Below are positions 8,641 to 18,361 of a stretch of 64,000 nucleotides of DNA, piece by piece (position 1 is the first letter of the stretch; the number at the start of each line of letters is the position of its first letter). The notes beneath the pieces are model-generated. The model did no database searches and was not told the origin of the DNA. It saw only the letters and a list, made by a program, of their open reading frames with translations. The translations under genes were made by a program, and so were the position numbers. This DNA comes from an uncultured Acidimicrobiia bacterium (GTDB taxonomy: Bacteria > Actinomycetota > Acidimicrobiia > Acidimicrobiales > AC-14), in assembly GCA_963836205.1 (NCBI GenBank), contig CAWIIV010000022.1:1-64000 (forward strand), given 5' to 3'.

Positions 8641-10322
8641 CCGCGGCCCGGGCCGGGCGGACCCGGGTGCCACTGCTCGACATCGACCGAGCGGGTGGTG
8701 CGCACTGCCTCCAGCAGGCGCCGGTCGTGGCTGACCAGGAGCAGGGTGCCGTCGTAGCCGTCGAGCGCCTGCTCCAGCTGCTCGATGGCGGGCAGGTCGA
8801 GGTGGTTGGTGGGCTCGTCGAGGACGAGGCAGTTGGCCCCGCCGGCCATCATCAGGGCAAGCGACGCCCGCGTCCGCTCCCCGGGGGACAGGCTCGACCC
8901 GGGCCGTTCGACGTGCTCGCCGGTGAGGCCGAACTTGGCCAGCAGCGACCGCGTGGCCTGCACCAGCAGCCCGGACGCGGCCGCGAACGTCGTCACCAGG
9001 GGTTCGTCGCCCAGGAACCGGCGCCGGCCCTGGTCGAGCTCGCCCACCACCACGCCCGGCCCGAGGTAGCGCTCGCCGCCGGCCAACGGGATCTGGCCCA
9101 GCAGGGCGCGGAGCAGGGTGGTCTTGCCCGAGCCGTTGGGGCCGGTGATGGCCACCCGCTCCGCCCACCGCACCTCCAGGTCGACCGGCCCCAGGGTGAA
9201 GGTCCCCCGCTCGACCACGGCCCGATCGAGCCTGGCCACCACGTCACCGCTGCGGGACGACGGGGCCAGCTCCATGTGGAGGTCCCACCCTTCCCACGGC
9301 TTGTCGACCACGTCCAGCCGGGCCAGGGCGGTTTCGGTGATCCGGACCTTGGCCGCCTGCTTCTCGGTGCGGTTGAGCTTGAAGCCCTGCTGGGCCTTGT
9401 CGTGGTCGGTCGCCTTCTTCTTGACGTTGCGGGCGCCGGTTACCGCCCACTGGCGCTGGATGCGGGCCCGCTCCTCCAGGTCGCCCTTCTGCGACGTGTA
9501 CCGCTCGTGGGCCTCCTCCGCGTGGCGGCGGGCGGTGGCCTTGGCGTCGAGGTAGCCCAGCCAGCCGCCGCCGAACTCGGTGCCGGTGCGATCGTGCTCG
9601 TCGAGCTCGAGGACGCGGTCGACGGTGGCCTCCAGGAACGCCCGGTCGTGGGAGACGACGACCAGGCCCCCGTCGGACTCGTGGATGAAGCGCTCGAGGC
9701 GGGCCAGGCCGGCGAAGTCGAGGTCGTTGGTGGGCTCGTCGAGGAGGAGGACGTCGAAGCGGGAGAGGAGGATGGCGGCCAGCGCGGCCCGGGCCGCCTG
9801 CCCGCCCGAGAGCTGGCCCACCTCAACTGCCATCCGGTCGGCGGGCAGACCAAGGTCGTCGCACACCGCCTCGGCCCGGGACTCGAAGTCGGGACCGCCC
9901 AGAGCCAGGTAGCGCTCGAGGGCCACCGAGTAGCGCTCGTCGCCATCGGCGTCGGCCATCGCTTCGGCGGCCGCTTCCAGCTCTACCTCGGCCGCGGTGA
10001 CCCCGGTGCGGCGGCCGAGATAGGCGGCCAACGACTCGCCGGCCCGGGCCTGGGACTCCTGGGGGAGGTAGCCCACGGTGAGGTCGGGCGGGGCCGCCGC
10101 CAGCTTGCCGCCGTCGGCCGGCTCCAGCCCGGCGAGGATGCGGAGGAGGGTGCTCTTGCCGACGCCGTTCGGGCCCACGACGCCGATCCGGCTCCGGGGA
10201 CCGATGGTGAGGTCGACGCCGTCGAGCACGACGAACGTCCCGTGGGAACGGGTGATGCCCGTGGCGACGAGGGTGGCGAGGGGGTGGGCGGGCGACATCG
10301 GTTCCCACGCTGCCATGTCCAC
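8637..10322 (-). CDS. ABC-F family ATP-binding protein
   Basis: Two ABC domains (GPNGVGKST/LSGGQ/DEPTNDLD; GPNGSGKTT/LSPGE/DEPTNHLD), no TM segments. Start could be a few codons downstream. Confidence 0.92.
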   Translation of the reverse strand: MDMAAWEPMSPAHPLATLVATGITRSHGTFVVLDGVDLTIGPRSRIGVVGPNGVGKSTLLRILAGLEPADGGKLAAAPPDLTVGYLPQESQARAGESLAAYLGRRTGVTAAEVELEAAAEAMADADGDERYSVALERYLALGGPDFESRAEAVCDDLGLPADRMAVEVGQLSGGQAARAALAAILLSRFDVLLLDEPTNDLDFAGLARLERFIHESDGGLVVVSHDRAFLEATVDRVLELDEHDRTGTEFGGGWLGYLDAKATARRHAEEAHERYTSQKGDLEERARIQRQWAVTGARNVKKKATDHDKAQQGFKLNRTEKQAAKVRITETALARLDVVDKPWEGWDLHMELAPSSRSGDVVARLDRAVVERGTFTLGPVDLEVRWAERVAITGPNGSGKTTLLRALLGQIPLAGGERYLGPGVVVGELDQGRRRFLGDEPLVTTFAAASGLLVQATRSLLAKFGLTGEHVERPGSSLSPGERTRASLALMMAGGANCLVLDEPTNHLDLPAIEQLEQALDGYDGTLLLVSHDRRLLEAVRTTRSVDVEQWHPGPPGPGRG

Positions 10323-10451
10323 GCCCCGCCGCCGCCCAGTTGGGCTCGCGGATTAAGTGGAAGCTGACATACCTACCCTCGATCGACAGCCTCCAAACGG
10401 CCTCCACAGGCGGAAAAGTGCTGGTCGTGAGGCTGCTAGCCTTGTCAGCAT

Positions 10452-10975
10452 ATGGTTAATTCAGGAACGTACAAGCTTGGGCCCCAGAACGGGCACCTCA
10501 CGGTCAAGATCGACCCCGAAGGCATCGGCAAGGGGATGGCCCACGCCCTCACCCTCGAGGTCAAGGACTGGAGCGCCGACGTCACCGTCGCCGACGACGC
10601 CAGCGCGTCGACCGTCTCCGTGACGGCGAACCTTGGTTCGCTCGAGGTCATCAAGTCGTCCGGCAACGTGTCCGACAAGGACAAGGCCGACATCAAGAAG
10701 AACACCGAGAAGACGATCAAGGGCGCCACCGCCACGTTCAAGTCGACCAGAGCGTCTCCGGCGACGACAAGCGGGCCACGGTGCAGCGGCGACCTGTCCC
10801 TCGGCGGCAGCAGTGGGCCGGTCACCATGCAGCTCACCTTGAACGACTCGAAGGCTCGGGCAGCATATCGTTCAACCAGTCGACCTTCGGAATCAAGCCC
10901 TTCTCCGCCATGATGGGCATGCATCGAAGGTCAAGGACAACGTCACTGTCGAGGTCGAGGGCGACCTCGAAGTAG
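10452..10975 (+). CDS. YceI-like protein, frameshifted in 3' half
   Basis: GTYKLGPQNGHLTV...AHALTLEV N-terminus; QSTFGIKPFSAMMG and VKDNVTVEV in other frames. Confidence 0.7.
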
Positions 10976-10990
10976 TCCGCGGGGGCTTGC

Positions 10991-13324
10991 CTAGCCCTGC
11001 CAGCGGGCGGCCACGGCCGCCTGCCCGATGCTCACCCCGCCGTCGTTGGGCGGCACTCGGGAGTGGACGAGCACCTCCACTCCCGATGCGGTGAGCTCTC
11101 GTTCCACGATCTCGGTCAGCCGGGCGTTCTGGAACACACCGCCGCTGAGGGCGACGGTTCCTACGCCCGCGTTCGCGGCCAGGTCGCGGGCCATCGCCGC
11201 CACCGACCGGCCCAGGGCGGCGTGGAAGGCGGCCGCCACCGCCGGCACGGTCGCCCCCCGGTCCCGGGCCGCCACCACGTGGGCCACGAGGGGTGACGGG
11301 TCGAGCACCGCGCTCCCGTCGTCGTCGGCAGTGATTGCGGCGTCCCACCCGTCGGCCACCGGGGTGTCCAGAGGCTCACCGGCGGCCGCCGCCTCCAGCT
11401 CGATGGCGGCCTGGGCCTCGTAGGTGACCGTGGGCCGGATGCCGAGGAGGGCGGCCACCCCGTCGAACAGGCGCCCGGCACTCGTCGTGCGCAGGCTGTC
11501 CTCCCGCTCGACAATCGCCAGGATCGACGGCCACCGCTCGTCGACCGACCGCCCGTAGCGCTCCGCCTCCTCCCGGCCGAGGGCGGTGCGGGCCCAGGCC
11601 AGGGCCATCCGCCACGGCTCCCGGATGGCCCGCACGCCGCCCGGCAGGGCCACCGCGGCCAGGTGCCCGACCCGCTCGTACGACTCCAGGTCGGCCACCA
11701 GGAACTCCCCGCCCCAGATGACCCCGTCGGTACCCATGCCCGTGCCGTCGAAGGCGATCCCCAGCACCCGATCGTCGCGGCGGTGCTCGGCCAGGCAGGA
11801 GGCGATGTGGGCGTGATGGTGTTGCACCCCGATCGCGGGCAGGTCGAGGTCGGCCGCGAACTTGGTCGACAGGTACTCCGGGTGGAGGTCGTGGGCCACC
11901 ACCTCGGGGACCACGCCGGTGAGGTGGCACAGGTGGTCGACGGCCTGCAGGAACGACTTGTAGGCGGCCAGGTGCTCGAGGTCGCCGATGTGGTGGCTGG
12001 CGATCAGGTTGGTGCCCTTGGCCACCGTGACCGTGTTCTTGAGCTCCGCCCCCACGGCCAGGACCTGGTGGTTGGTGGGCATGATCAGCGGGATCGGCGC
12101 CGGTGCGTAGCCCCGGGACCGGCGCAGCATCTGCACCGGCTTGCCTGCGGGACGAGCCCGCACCACCGAGTCGTCGCAGCGGATGTGGATGGGCCGGTCG
12201 TGGGTGAGGATGGCGTCGACCATCGGGCCCAGGCGGGCGAGGGCGTCGGTGTCGTCGTGGGCGATGGGCTCGTCGGACAGGTTGCCGCTGGTCATCACCA
12301 GGGGGCCGCCGAAGCGGTGGAGCAGGAGAGTGTGGAGCGGGGTGTACGGCAGCATGAGGCCGAGTTCGGGCAGGCGGGGGGCGATGCGGGGGGCGAGGCC
12401 GGAGTCGTCCCGGCGGGGGACGAGCACGATCGGGCGCCGCACCGACCCCATCTCCGCCTCCGCCGCCTCGCTCAGGTGGGCCACCCGGCGGGCCTCGTCG
12501 AGGTCGCGCACCATCACCGCGAACGGCTTGTCGTCGCGGGCCTTGCGCCGGCGCAGCTCGGCGACGGCGTCCGGGTTCCCGGCGTCGACGGCCAGGTGGT
12601 AACCGCCCAGACCCTTGATGGCCAGGACCTTTCCCGCCGCCAGCAGGGCAACCGTCTGGTCGAGGGCGTCGTCGGCCTTGGCCACCAGGTCGCCCTCGGC
12701 CGAGAGCAGGGAGAGCTGGGGCCCGCAGACAGGGCAGCACACCGGCTCGGCGTGGAAGCGGCGGTTGGCGGGGTCGGTGTACTCGGCCCGGCAGTCGTCG
12801 CACAGGACGAAGCCGGCCATGGTGGTCGACGGCCGGTCGTAAGGGATCGACGTGATGATCGTGTACCGGGGCCCGCAGTTGGTGCAGTTGATGAACGGGT
12901 AGCCGAAGCGGCGATCGGCGGGGTCGAGCATCTCCCGGGTGCAGTCGGCGCACGTGGCCACGTCGGGGCTGACCGCCACCGCCGGCGCCCCTTCCACCCG
13001 GCTGTCGACGATGGAGAACGTGGCCGCACCGAGGGGTTCGTCCACCGACTCGACGGTGAGCGACTCGATGTGGGCCAGGGGCGGCAACTCGGCCACCAGC
13101 CGGGCGGCGAACAGTTCGAGGGCGGCCGCCGGCGCCTCGACGTCGATGATCACGCCCCGGCTGTCGTTGGCCACCGAGCCTGTCAGCCCCAGCTCCACTG
13201 CGATCCGGTAGACGAACGGGCGGAAGCCGACGCCCTGGACCGTGCCCGTGACGCGCAACTGGTGACGTTCTCGGGGGTCCTGGCCCCCAGAAACGTCACC
13301 AGTTGCGTCGTGCGGGTTCAGCAA
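10991..13324 (-). CDS. hypF: Carbamoyltransferase HypF
   Basis: VTGTVQGVGFRPF acylphosphatase domain, zinc fingers (CADC, CTNCGPR, CDDC, CPVCGP), KGLGGYHL, QHHHAH, PPNDGG. TTG start overlapping hypE stop is inferred. Confidence 0.95.
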   Translation of the reverse strand: MLNPHDATGDVSGGQDPRERHQLRVTGTVQGVGFRPFVYRIAVELGLTGSVANDSRGVIIDVEAPAAALELFAARLVAELPPLAHIESLTVESVDEPLGAATFSIVDSRVEGAPAVAVSPDVATCADCTREMLDPADRRFGYPFINCTNCGPRYTIITSIPYDRPSTTMAGFVLCDDCRAEYTDPANRRFHAEPVCCPVCGPQLSLLSAEGDLVAKADDALDQTVALLAAGKVLAIKGLGGYHLAVDAGNPDAVAELRRRKARDDKPFAVMVRDLDEARRVAHLSEAAEAEMGSVRRPIVLVPRRDDSGLAPRIAPRLPELGLMLPYTPLHTLLLHRFGGPLVMTSGNLSDEPIAHDDTDALARLGPMVDAILTHDRPIHIRCDDSVVRARPAGKPVQMLRRSRGYAPAPIPLIMPTNHQVLAVGAELKNTVTVAKGTNLIASHHIGDLEHLAAYKSFLQAVDHLCHLTGVVPEVVAHDLHPEYLSTKFAADLDLPAIGVQHHHAHIASCLAEHRRDDRVLGIAFDGTGMGTDGVIWGGEFLVADLESYERVGHLAAVALPGGVRAIREPWRMALAWARTALGREEAERYGRSVDERWPSILAIVEREDSLRTTSAGRLFDGVAALLGIRPTVTYEAQAAIELEAAAAGEPLDTPVADGWDAAITADDDGSAVLDPSPLVAHVVAARDRGATVPAVAAAFHAALGRSVAAMARDLAANAGVGTVALSGGVFQNARLTEIVERELTASGVEVLVHSRVPPNDGGVSIGQAAVAARWQG

Positions 13325-14421
13325 ATGCGCGGCAGCGGGTCCCCGACGAGCATGTCGACGATGCGGGTGCCGCCGAAGCCGGTCTGGAGCACGACGATGC
13401 CCGGGGGCTCGGCCGTGACCTCGCCGATGATGGCGGCGTCGACCCCGTACTTGTGCGCCCGCAGGGCGGCCAGGGCGGCGTCGGCCTCCTCGGGGGGCAC
13501 GACCGCGACCAGCTTGCCCTCGTTGGCGACGTACATCGGGTCGATGCCGAGGATCTCGCACGCCCCGTTGACCACGTTGCGGACCGGGATGGCCTGCTCC
13601 ATGATCCGGACGCCGACCTCGGCCTCCTTGGCCATCTCGTTGAGCACGGTGGCGACGCCGCCCCGGGTGGGGTCACGCATGAACCGGACTCCCGGCGCCG
13701 CCTCGAGCAGCTGCTCGACCATCTCGTTGAGGGGGGCGGTGTCGGACGGGATGTCGGCCTCGAGGTTGAGCTCGCCCCGGGCGATGAGGACGGCCACGCC
13801 GTGGTCGCCGATCTTGCCCGACACGATGATCTTGTCGCCCGGCTTCACCGACTTGGAGTCGAGGTGGATGGAGGCGGGCACCACGCCCACGCCGGCGGTG
13901 GTGATGTAGCAGCCGTCGGCCGCCCCCCGGTTGACCACCTTGGTGTCGCCGGTGACGATCTGGACCCCGGCCTCGGCCGCGGCCTCGGCCATGTCGGCCA
14001 CGATCTCCCGCAGCTCGATGATCGAGAAGCCGTCCTCCAGCACGAAGGCGGCCGAGATCCACTGGGGCCGGGCGCCCATCATCGACAGGTCGTTGACCGT
14101 GCCGCAGATGGCCAGGTGGCCGATGGACCCGCCCGGGAAGCGGCGGGGCTTGACCACGAACGAGTCGGTGGAGAAGGCGATGCGCTCGCCCGAGGGCAGC
14201 TCCATGACGGCCCCGTCGGACATGCCTTCGAGGGTCTTGTTGCGGAACGCCTCCAGGAACACGGCGTCGATGAGCGCCGCCGACGCCTTGCCGCCCGCGC
14301 CGTGGGCCGAGTTGATGAACTCGTCCTTCAGCTTGGGCCGGCGCTTGCGGAACTCCTCGATGCGCTGCATGACCTGCTCTTCGCGGTCGCCTCCGCCGTG
14401 CTCCCCCTCAACGACGGTCAT
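13318..14421 (-). CDS. hypE: Hydrogenase maturation protein HypE
   Basis: AHGAGG, STDSFVV, GDTKVV, MRDPTRGG, C-terminal LPRIC; ATGA overlap with hypD. Confidence 0.96.
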   Translation of the reverse strand: MTVVEGEHGGGDREEQVMQRIEEFRKRRPKLKDEFINSAHGAGGKASAALIDAVFLEAFRNKTLEGMSDGAVMELPSGERIAFSTDSFVVKPRRFPGGSIGHLAICGTVNDLSMMGARPQWISAAFVLEDGFSIIELREIVADMAEAAAEAGVQIVTGDTKVVNRGAADGCYITTAGVGVVPASIHLDSKSVKPGDKIIVSGKIGDHGVAVLIARGELNLEADIPSDTAPLNEMVEQLLEAAPGVRFMRDPTRGGVATVLNEMAKEAEVGVRIMEQAIPVRNVVNGACEILGIDPMYVANEGKLVAVVPPEEADAALAALRAHKYGVDAAIIGEVTAEPPGIVVLQTGFGGTRIVDMLVGDPLPRIC

Positions 14422-15563
14422 GCGGGGGCGTTCGCTCCGACCTTCACCGGGATCTTGGTGAAGCGGCCGTAGTTGTAATAGGCGGCGCAGGCTCCCTCGG
14501 ACGACACCATGCAGGTGCCGATGGGCGTCTCCGGCGTGCAGGCGGTGCCGAACACCTTGCACTCCCAGGGCTTGATGACGCCCTTGAGGACCTCGCCGCA
14601 CTGGCAGGCCTTGGGGTCGGCCACCCGGATGCCGGGCACCGCGAAGCGCAGCTCGGCGTCGAAGTCGGCGTAGTCGGCGTTGAGCTTGAGCGCCGACTGG
14701 GAGATGAAGCCCAGGCCCCGCCACTCGAAGTGGGGGCGCAGCTCGAACACTTCCTGGAGGATGGCCAGGGCCCGGGGGTTGCCCTCGTCGGACACGGCCC
14801 GGGTGTACTGGTTCTCGACCTCGCAGCGGCCCTCGTTGATCTGCTTGAGCAGCATCTCGATGGACTGGAGGATGTCGAGGGGCTCGAAGCCGGCGGTGAC
14901 CAGGGGCAGCCCGTACTGGGCGGGCACGAACCGGTAGGGCCGGTTGCCGATCACGGTGGAGACGTGGCCTGGGCCGAGGAACCCGTGCAGGCGCAGGTCG
15001 GGGGACTCGAGGATGGCCTTGAGGGGCGGGACGATCGTGACGTGGTTGCAGAAGACAGAGAAGTTCTTGACGTTGCGCTGGCGGGCCTTGAGGACCGTGA
15101 CCGCGGTGGAGGGGGCGGTGGTCTCGAACCCGACGGCGAAGAAGACGACTTCCTTGTCGGGGTTGGCCTCGGCGATGCGCAGGGCGTCCAGCGGGGAGTA
15201 GACCATCCGCACGTCGGCGCCCTGGGCCTTGGCCTCGAGCAGGTTCTCCTTGCCGCCGGGCACCCGCATCATGTCGCCGAAGCTGGTGAAGATCGTGTTC
15301 GGCGTCTTGGCCACGGCGACGGCGTCGTCGACCCGGCCCATGGGGATGACGCACACCGGGCAGCCGGGACCGTGCACCAGCTCGACGGTGGGGGGCAGGA
15401 CGTTCTCGATGCCGTGCTTGTAGATGGTGTGGGTGTGGCCGCCGCACACCTCCATGAACTTGAACGGTCCGCCGTTGGGCGCACCGTCGGCCGCCCGCTC
15501 CGTGATCTTCTTGATGGCGGCCTTGGCCGCGGCCGGGTCGCGGAACTCGTCGACGTACTTCAC
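14418..15563 (-). CDS. hypD: Hydrogenase maturation protein HypD
   Basis: MEVCGGHTH, GPGCPVC, GFETT, PGHVS, CMVSSEGACAA. Confidence 0.97.
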   Translation of the reverse strand: MKYVDEFRDPAAAKAAIKKITERAADGAPNGGPFKFMEVCGGHTHTIYKHGIENVLPPTVELVHGPGCPVCVIPMGRVDDAVAVAKTPNTIFTSFGDMMRVPGGKENLLEAKAQGADVRMVYSPLDALRIAEANPDKEVVFFAVGFETTAPSTAVTVLKARQRNVKNFSVFCNHVTIVPPLKAILESPDLRLHGFLGPGHVSTVIGNRPYRFVPAQYGLPLVTAGFEPLDILQSIEMLLKQINEGRCEVENQYTRAVSDEGNPRALAILQEVFELRPHFEWRGLGFISQSALKLNADYADFDAELRFAVPGIRVADPKACQCGEVLKGVIKPWECKVFGTACTPETPIGTCMVSSEGACAAYYNYGRFTKIPVKVGANAPA

Positions 15564-15838
15564 AGCTGGGCCTCCTGCTTGAAATCTGTCATTTCCTGCT
15601 CGTAGACGTCGCCCAGGCCCCGCATGTACTGGAGGGTCTCGGCCGCCTCCTGCTCGCCGATCTTGCTCATGGCGAACCCGACGTGGATCAGGACCCAGTC
15701 GCCGACCTCGACGGTGCCGCCTTCGCCGGAGACCAGGCGGATGTTGATCTCACGGCGTACGCCGTCGACGTCGACGATGGCGCGATGCTCCGCCAGGTCG
15801 ACGATCTCGACCAGCTGGCCGGGGATGCCTAGGCACAT
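15560..15838 (-). CDS. hypC: HypC/HybG chaperone
   Basis: MCLGIPGQ start; VGDWVLIHVGFA. Confidence 0.96.
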   Translation of the reverse strand: MCLGIPGQLVEIVDLAEHRAIVDVDGVRREINIRLVSGEGGTVEVGDWVLIHVGFAMSKIGEQEAAETLQYMRGLGDVYEQEMTDFKQEAQL

Positions 15839-15864
15839 AAGAACGGTCCTCCCGAGTACGACCT

Positions 15865-15929
15865 TGTTTCGATGAATGCAGGGTGTTCGATGCATTGCCG
15901 GGTGTTCGATGAATGCAGGGTGTTCGATG
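15865..15929. repeat. 18-19 bp tandem repeat upstream of hypC
   Basis: GGGTGTTCGATGAATGCA-like unit, about 3.5 copies. Confidence 0.8.
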
Positions 15930-16128
15930 TGTTCGGTCACAGTCTCGCGCCAGGGCAGCCCTGGCACGACATTCCTTCGCCCGGGCGGCCGAGCCAACCC
16001 GGATGCGATCTCAACCAGGATACGTCGGTCGTGGCGCTGTGCCTATAAGGACGTCTCGCCTATACCGACGGGACCACGAGTGGATCCTGTTGCGGGCGCG
16101 CCAGCGTCGGCTTCACTGCCGCGGATGT

Positions 16129-16545
16129 TCAGGGGATGATCTCCACGCCGTCGTCGCGGGCGGCCGGGGCCTGGTCGCCGTCGTCGACGATGCGGTCGTA
16201 GCGGCTGAGATAGGCGGAGAGGTAACGGCGACCCTCGCGCAGGGCGCCGGCCCAGGCATGGAGCCACTCGACGCCCTCTTCGGTGAGGCGGTAGCTGCGG
16301 CGGGCGGGCCCGGCGGTGGAGTGCTCCCACCACGAGGCGACCAGTCCGTCCTGCTCCATCACCCGCAGGGCCCGGTAGAGGCCGCCGGGGTCGACGTTGC
16401 GCAGGCCCAGCTGGGCGATCTGCTCGAGGAGGTCGTAGCCGTGGGCCGGGGTCTCGGCGATGAGCAGCAGCAGGCTGGCTCGGAGGTAGTTGCGGGGGAG
16501 CCCGCCCTGGGGCTCCTCGGTGGAGGTGCGCGTCGGCTGCTTCAT
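16129..16545 (-). CDS. PadR family transcriptional regulator (PhaQ-like)
   Basis: LLLLIAETPAHGYDL, GGLYRALRVMEQDGLV, GPARRSYRLTEEG. Confidence 0.92.
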   Translation of the reverse strand: MKQPTRTSTEEPQGGLPRNYLRASLLLLIAETPAHGYDLLEQIAQLGLRNVDPGGLYRALRVMEQDGLVASWWEHSTAGPARRSYRLTEEGVEWLHAWAGALREGRRYLSAYLSRYDRIVDDGDQAPAARDDGVEIIP

Positions 16546-16783
16546 ACGGCCCGTCCCGAGGCGCCAGGTCCCGAGGCGGGGGCTCCGGAAGTCCACGACT
16601 GCGCCCTGCCGGCACGGCACCGACGCCGGAGCGACGGCACCCGGCAGGGCAGTGGATCGACCATTTCGGACAACCAGGCCTCCAAAGTCATACGGCTGAA
16701 CTCCTACAGGCAACCGCACAGGGGCTTGCGCCCACACCCCTCATGGCCGACGGATGGCGGATACCGCTCCTGTCGCAGCCAGA

Positions 16784-16802
16784 TAGGTGCATTGTACACC
16801 TA
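16784..16802. promoter_or_regulatory. Inverted repeat in padR / coiled-coil operon intergenic region
   Basis: TAGGTGCA-TTG-TACACCTA, 8-bp arms with one mismatch, in a locally AT-richer patch. Confidence 0.4.
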
Positions 16803-17100
16803 GCCGGACACCAAAAACGGGCCGACTTGGTCGGAGGCCCGTCCCGAGGGGGTCGGGCGGCCAGGCGGCGGCCACTGGGGGCTCGACGGGGCCGAGCCGC
16901 CGACGTCGACCAGGGGCGGGCCACTGACCGTGGCGAAATTGAACGCCCAGAGCGCCAAAGAGGGTGTTGCACCGCGGGCGGCCGTGCCATACAGTCCCCG
17001 TCACATCCGTGGTATCCGTACGGGGTCTTTCGACACACGCCGCAGCTCTTTTCGTCGCAGCCTGCCGCTGGTCCCCGGCCCAACGACTCAGGGGGAAAGC

Positions 17101-17643
17101 ATGACCAAGCGGTGGAGGTCTGCCGCCGACGAACGGGGACAGGCCACGTTCTCGCTCATCATCGTTCTTGTGGTGGTGGCGATTGCAGTGGTTCTTCTCC
17201 AGCGGACGGCGTCGACCGCAGAGAGCATCAATGACAAGGCGGGCACTATCTCCAGTTCGGCCACTGGCATCAACGAGAGCACGAAGGCGGTGCTGAAGCT
17301 CGACACGACCAACAACCTGGCCGGCTCGATCCTCGCCACCGCTCAGCCGCTCGAAGGCGCGCTGAACGAGGTAATTCGCCTGGCTCAGTCGATCGACGGC
17401 CTCGCGACCTCGATCAACGACTCGGCCAGCACCATCAACGGTACGGCCAACGGCATCAACGGCACGGCAACGACGATCCTGAACACCGCCCGTCACATCA
17501 ACGACGGCGTCGCCCAGATCAACACCAACCTCGACACGACGTTGGCCGTTGCCGCTTCCATCAAGGCTGACACCGGCGACATCCGTGGCCGGGCCGACCG
17601 TACGACCCAACTTGCCGCCGCCATCGACGCGGCCCTCCCGTAA
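17101..17643 (+). CDS. Membrane-anchored heptad-repeat (coiled-coil) protein 1
   Basis: GGGGGA RBS; DERGQA then hydrophobic helix; about 20 heptads with Ile/Val/Leu every 7 residues. Confidence 0.88.
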   Translation: MTKRWRSAADERGQATFSLIIVLVVVAIAVVLLQRTASTAESINDKAGTISSSATGINESTKAVLKLDTTNNLAGSILATAQPLEGALNEVIRLAQSIDGLATSINDSASTINGTANGINGTATTILNTARHINDGVAQINTNLDTTLAVAASIKADTGDIRGRADRTTQLAAAIDAALP

Positions 17644-17659
17644 GGAAAGGAGCGAACTC

Positions 17660-18361
17660 ATGACTTCAACCATGGCAGCGCGGCGCTCGCGTAGTGGCCC
17701 CGCACCCGCTCCTCGTCCGGCAAACGACCAGACCACGTTCCTGTCCCGGTGGCTCAAGGTGTGGGTGATCCTGCTCACCGTCGTCACCCTGGTGGTCGTG
17801 GTGTACCTGGTGATCATCACCAACTCCCTGGCCAACATCAACGGCAACCTGGCCACGGCCGACCGGGCCGTCAGTGGCGCCGGTGGCGACGTCCGCACCC
17901 TGCCCAACCAGGTAGACCGGATCAACGGCGCCCTCGACGGCATCGACAAGGCCCTCAAGCCCATCCCCGCCCAGGCCGGTGAGATCGTCACCGTCCTGAC
18001 CTCGGTCAACGACAAGCTCACCTCGGTCGACGCCTCGCTGAAGGACACGTCTGCGGTCCTCAGCACGGTGCTCAGCTCGGTCAACAGCGTCAGCACCACC
18101 CTTATCGACGCTGACGACCCGGCCGACAGGCTTGGCGTCCAGAACATCCACCACCGGGTAGCTGCGATCAACGGCGCCAACTCGCCGGCCAGGGTCGCGG
18201 GCGGTGGCGGTCCGGGTCCGTTCGCTACGGGTGGCAACCTGAGCGCAGCCGAGACTGACGCACGAGCGATCGTGGGCAGCCTTGACTCGATCAACACCCA
18301 CCTGACGGGCGTCTGCCAGTCGAGCCTGGTGCTCGGCACCGTCCTCGGGTGCTCTGCATGA
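17660..18361 (+). CDS. Membrane-anchored heptad-repeat protein 2
   Basis: AAGGAG RBS; single TM helix; heptads; C-terminal Cys pair (GVCQ...GCSA). Confidence 0.88.
   Translation: MTSTMAARRSRSGPAPAPRPANDQTTFLSRWLKVWVILLTVVTLVVVVYLVIITNSLANINGNLATADRAVSGAGGDVRTLPNQVDRINGALDGIDKALKPIPAQAGEIVTVLTSVNDKLTSVDASLKDTSAVLSTVLSSVNSVSTTLIDADDPADRLGVQNIHHRVAAINGANSPARVAGGGGPGPFATGGNLSAAETDARAIVGSLDSINTHLTGVCQSSLVLGTVLGCSA

Noticed and set aside
13318-15447. 709-aa extended HypE
   Set aside because: The N-terminal part is an off-frame overlap of hypD; the real start is the ATGA-coupled ATG at 14421.
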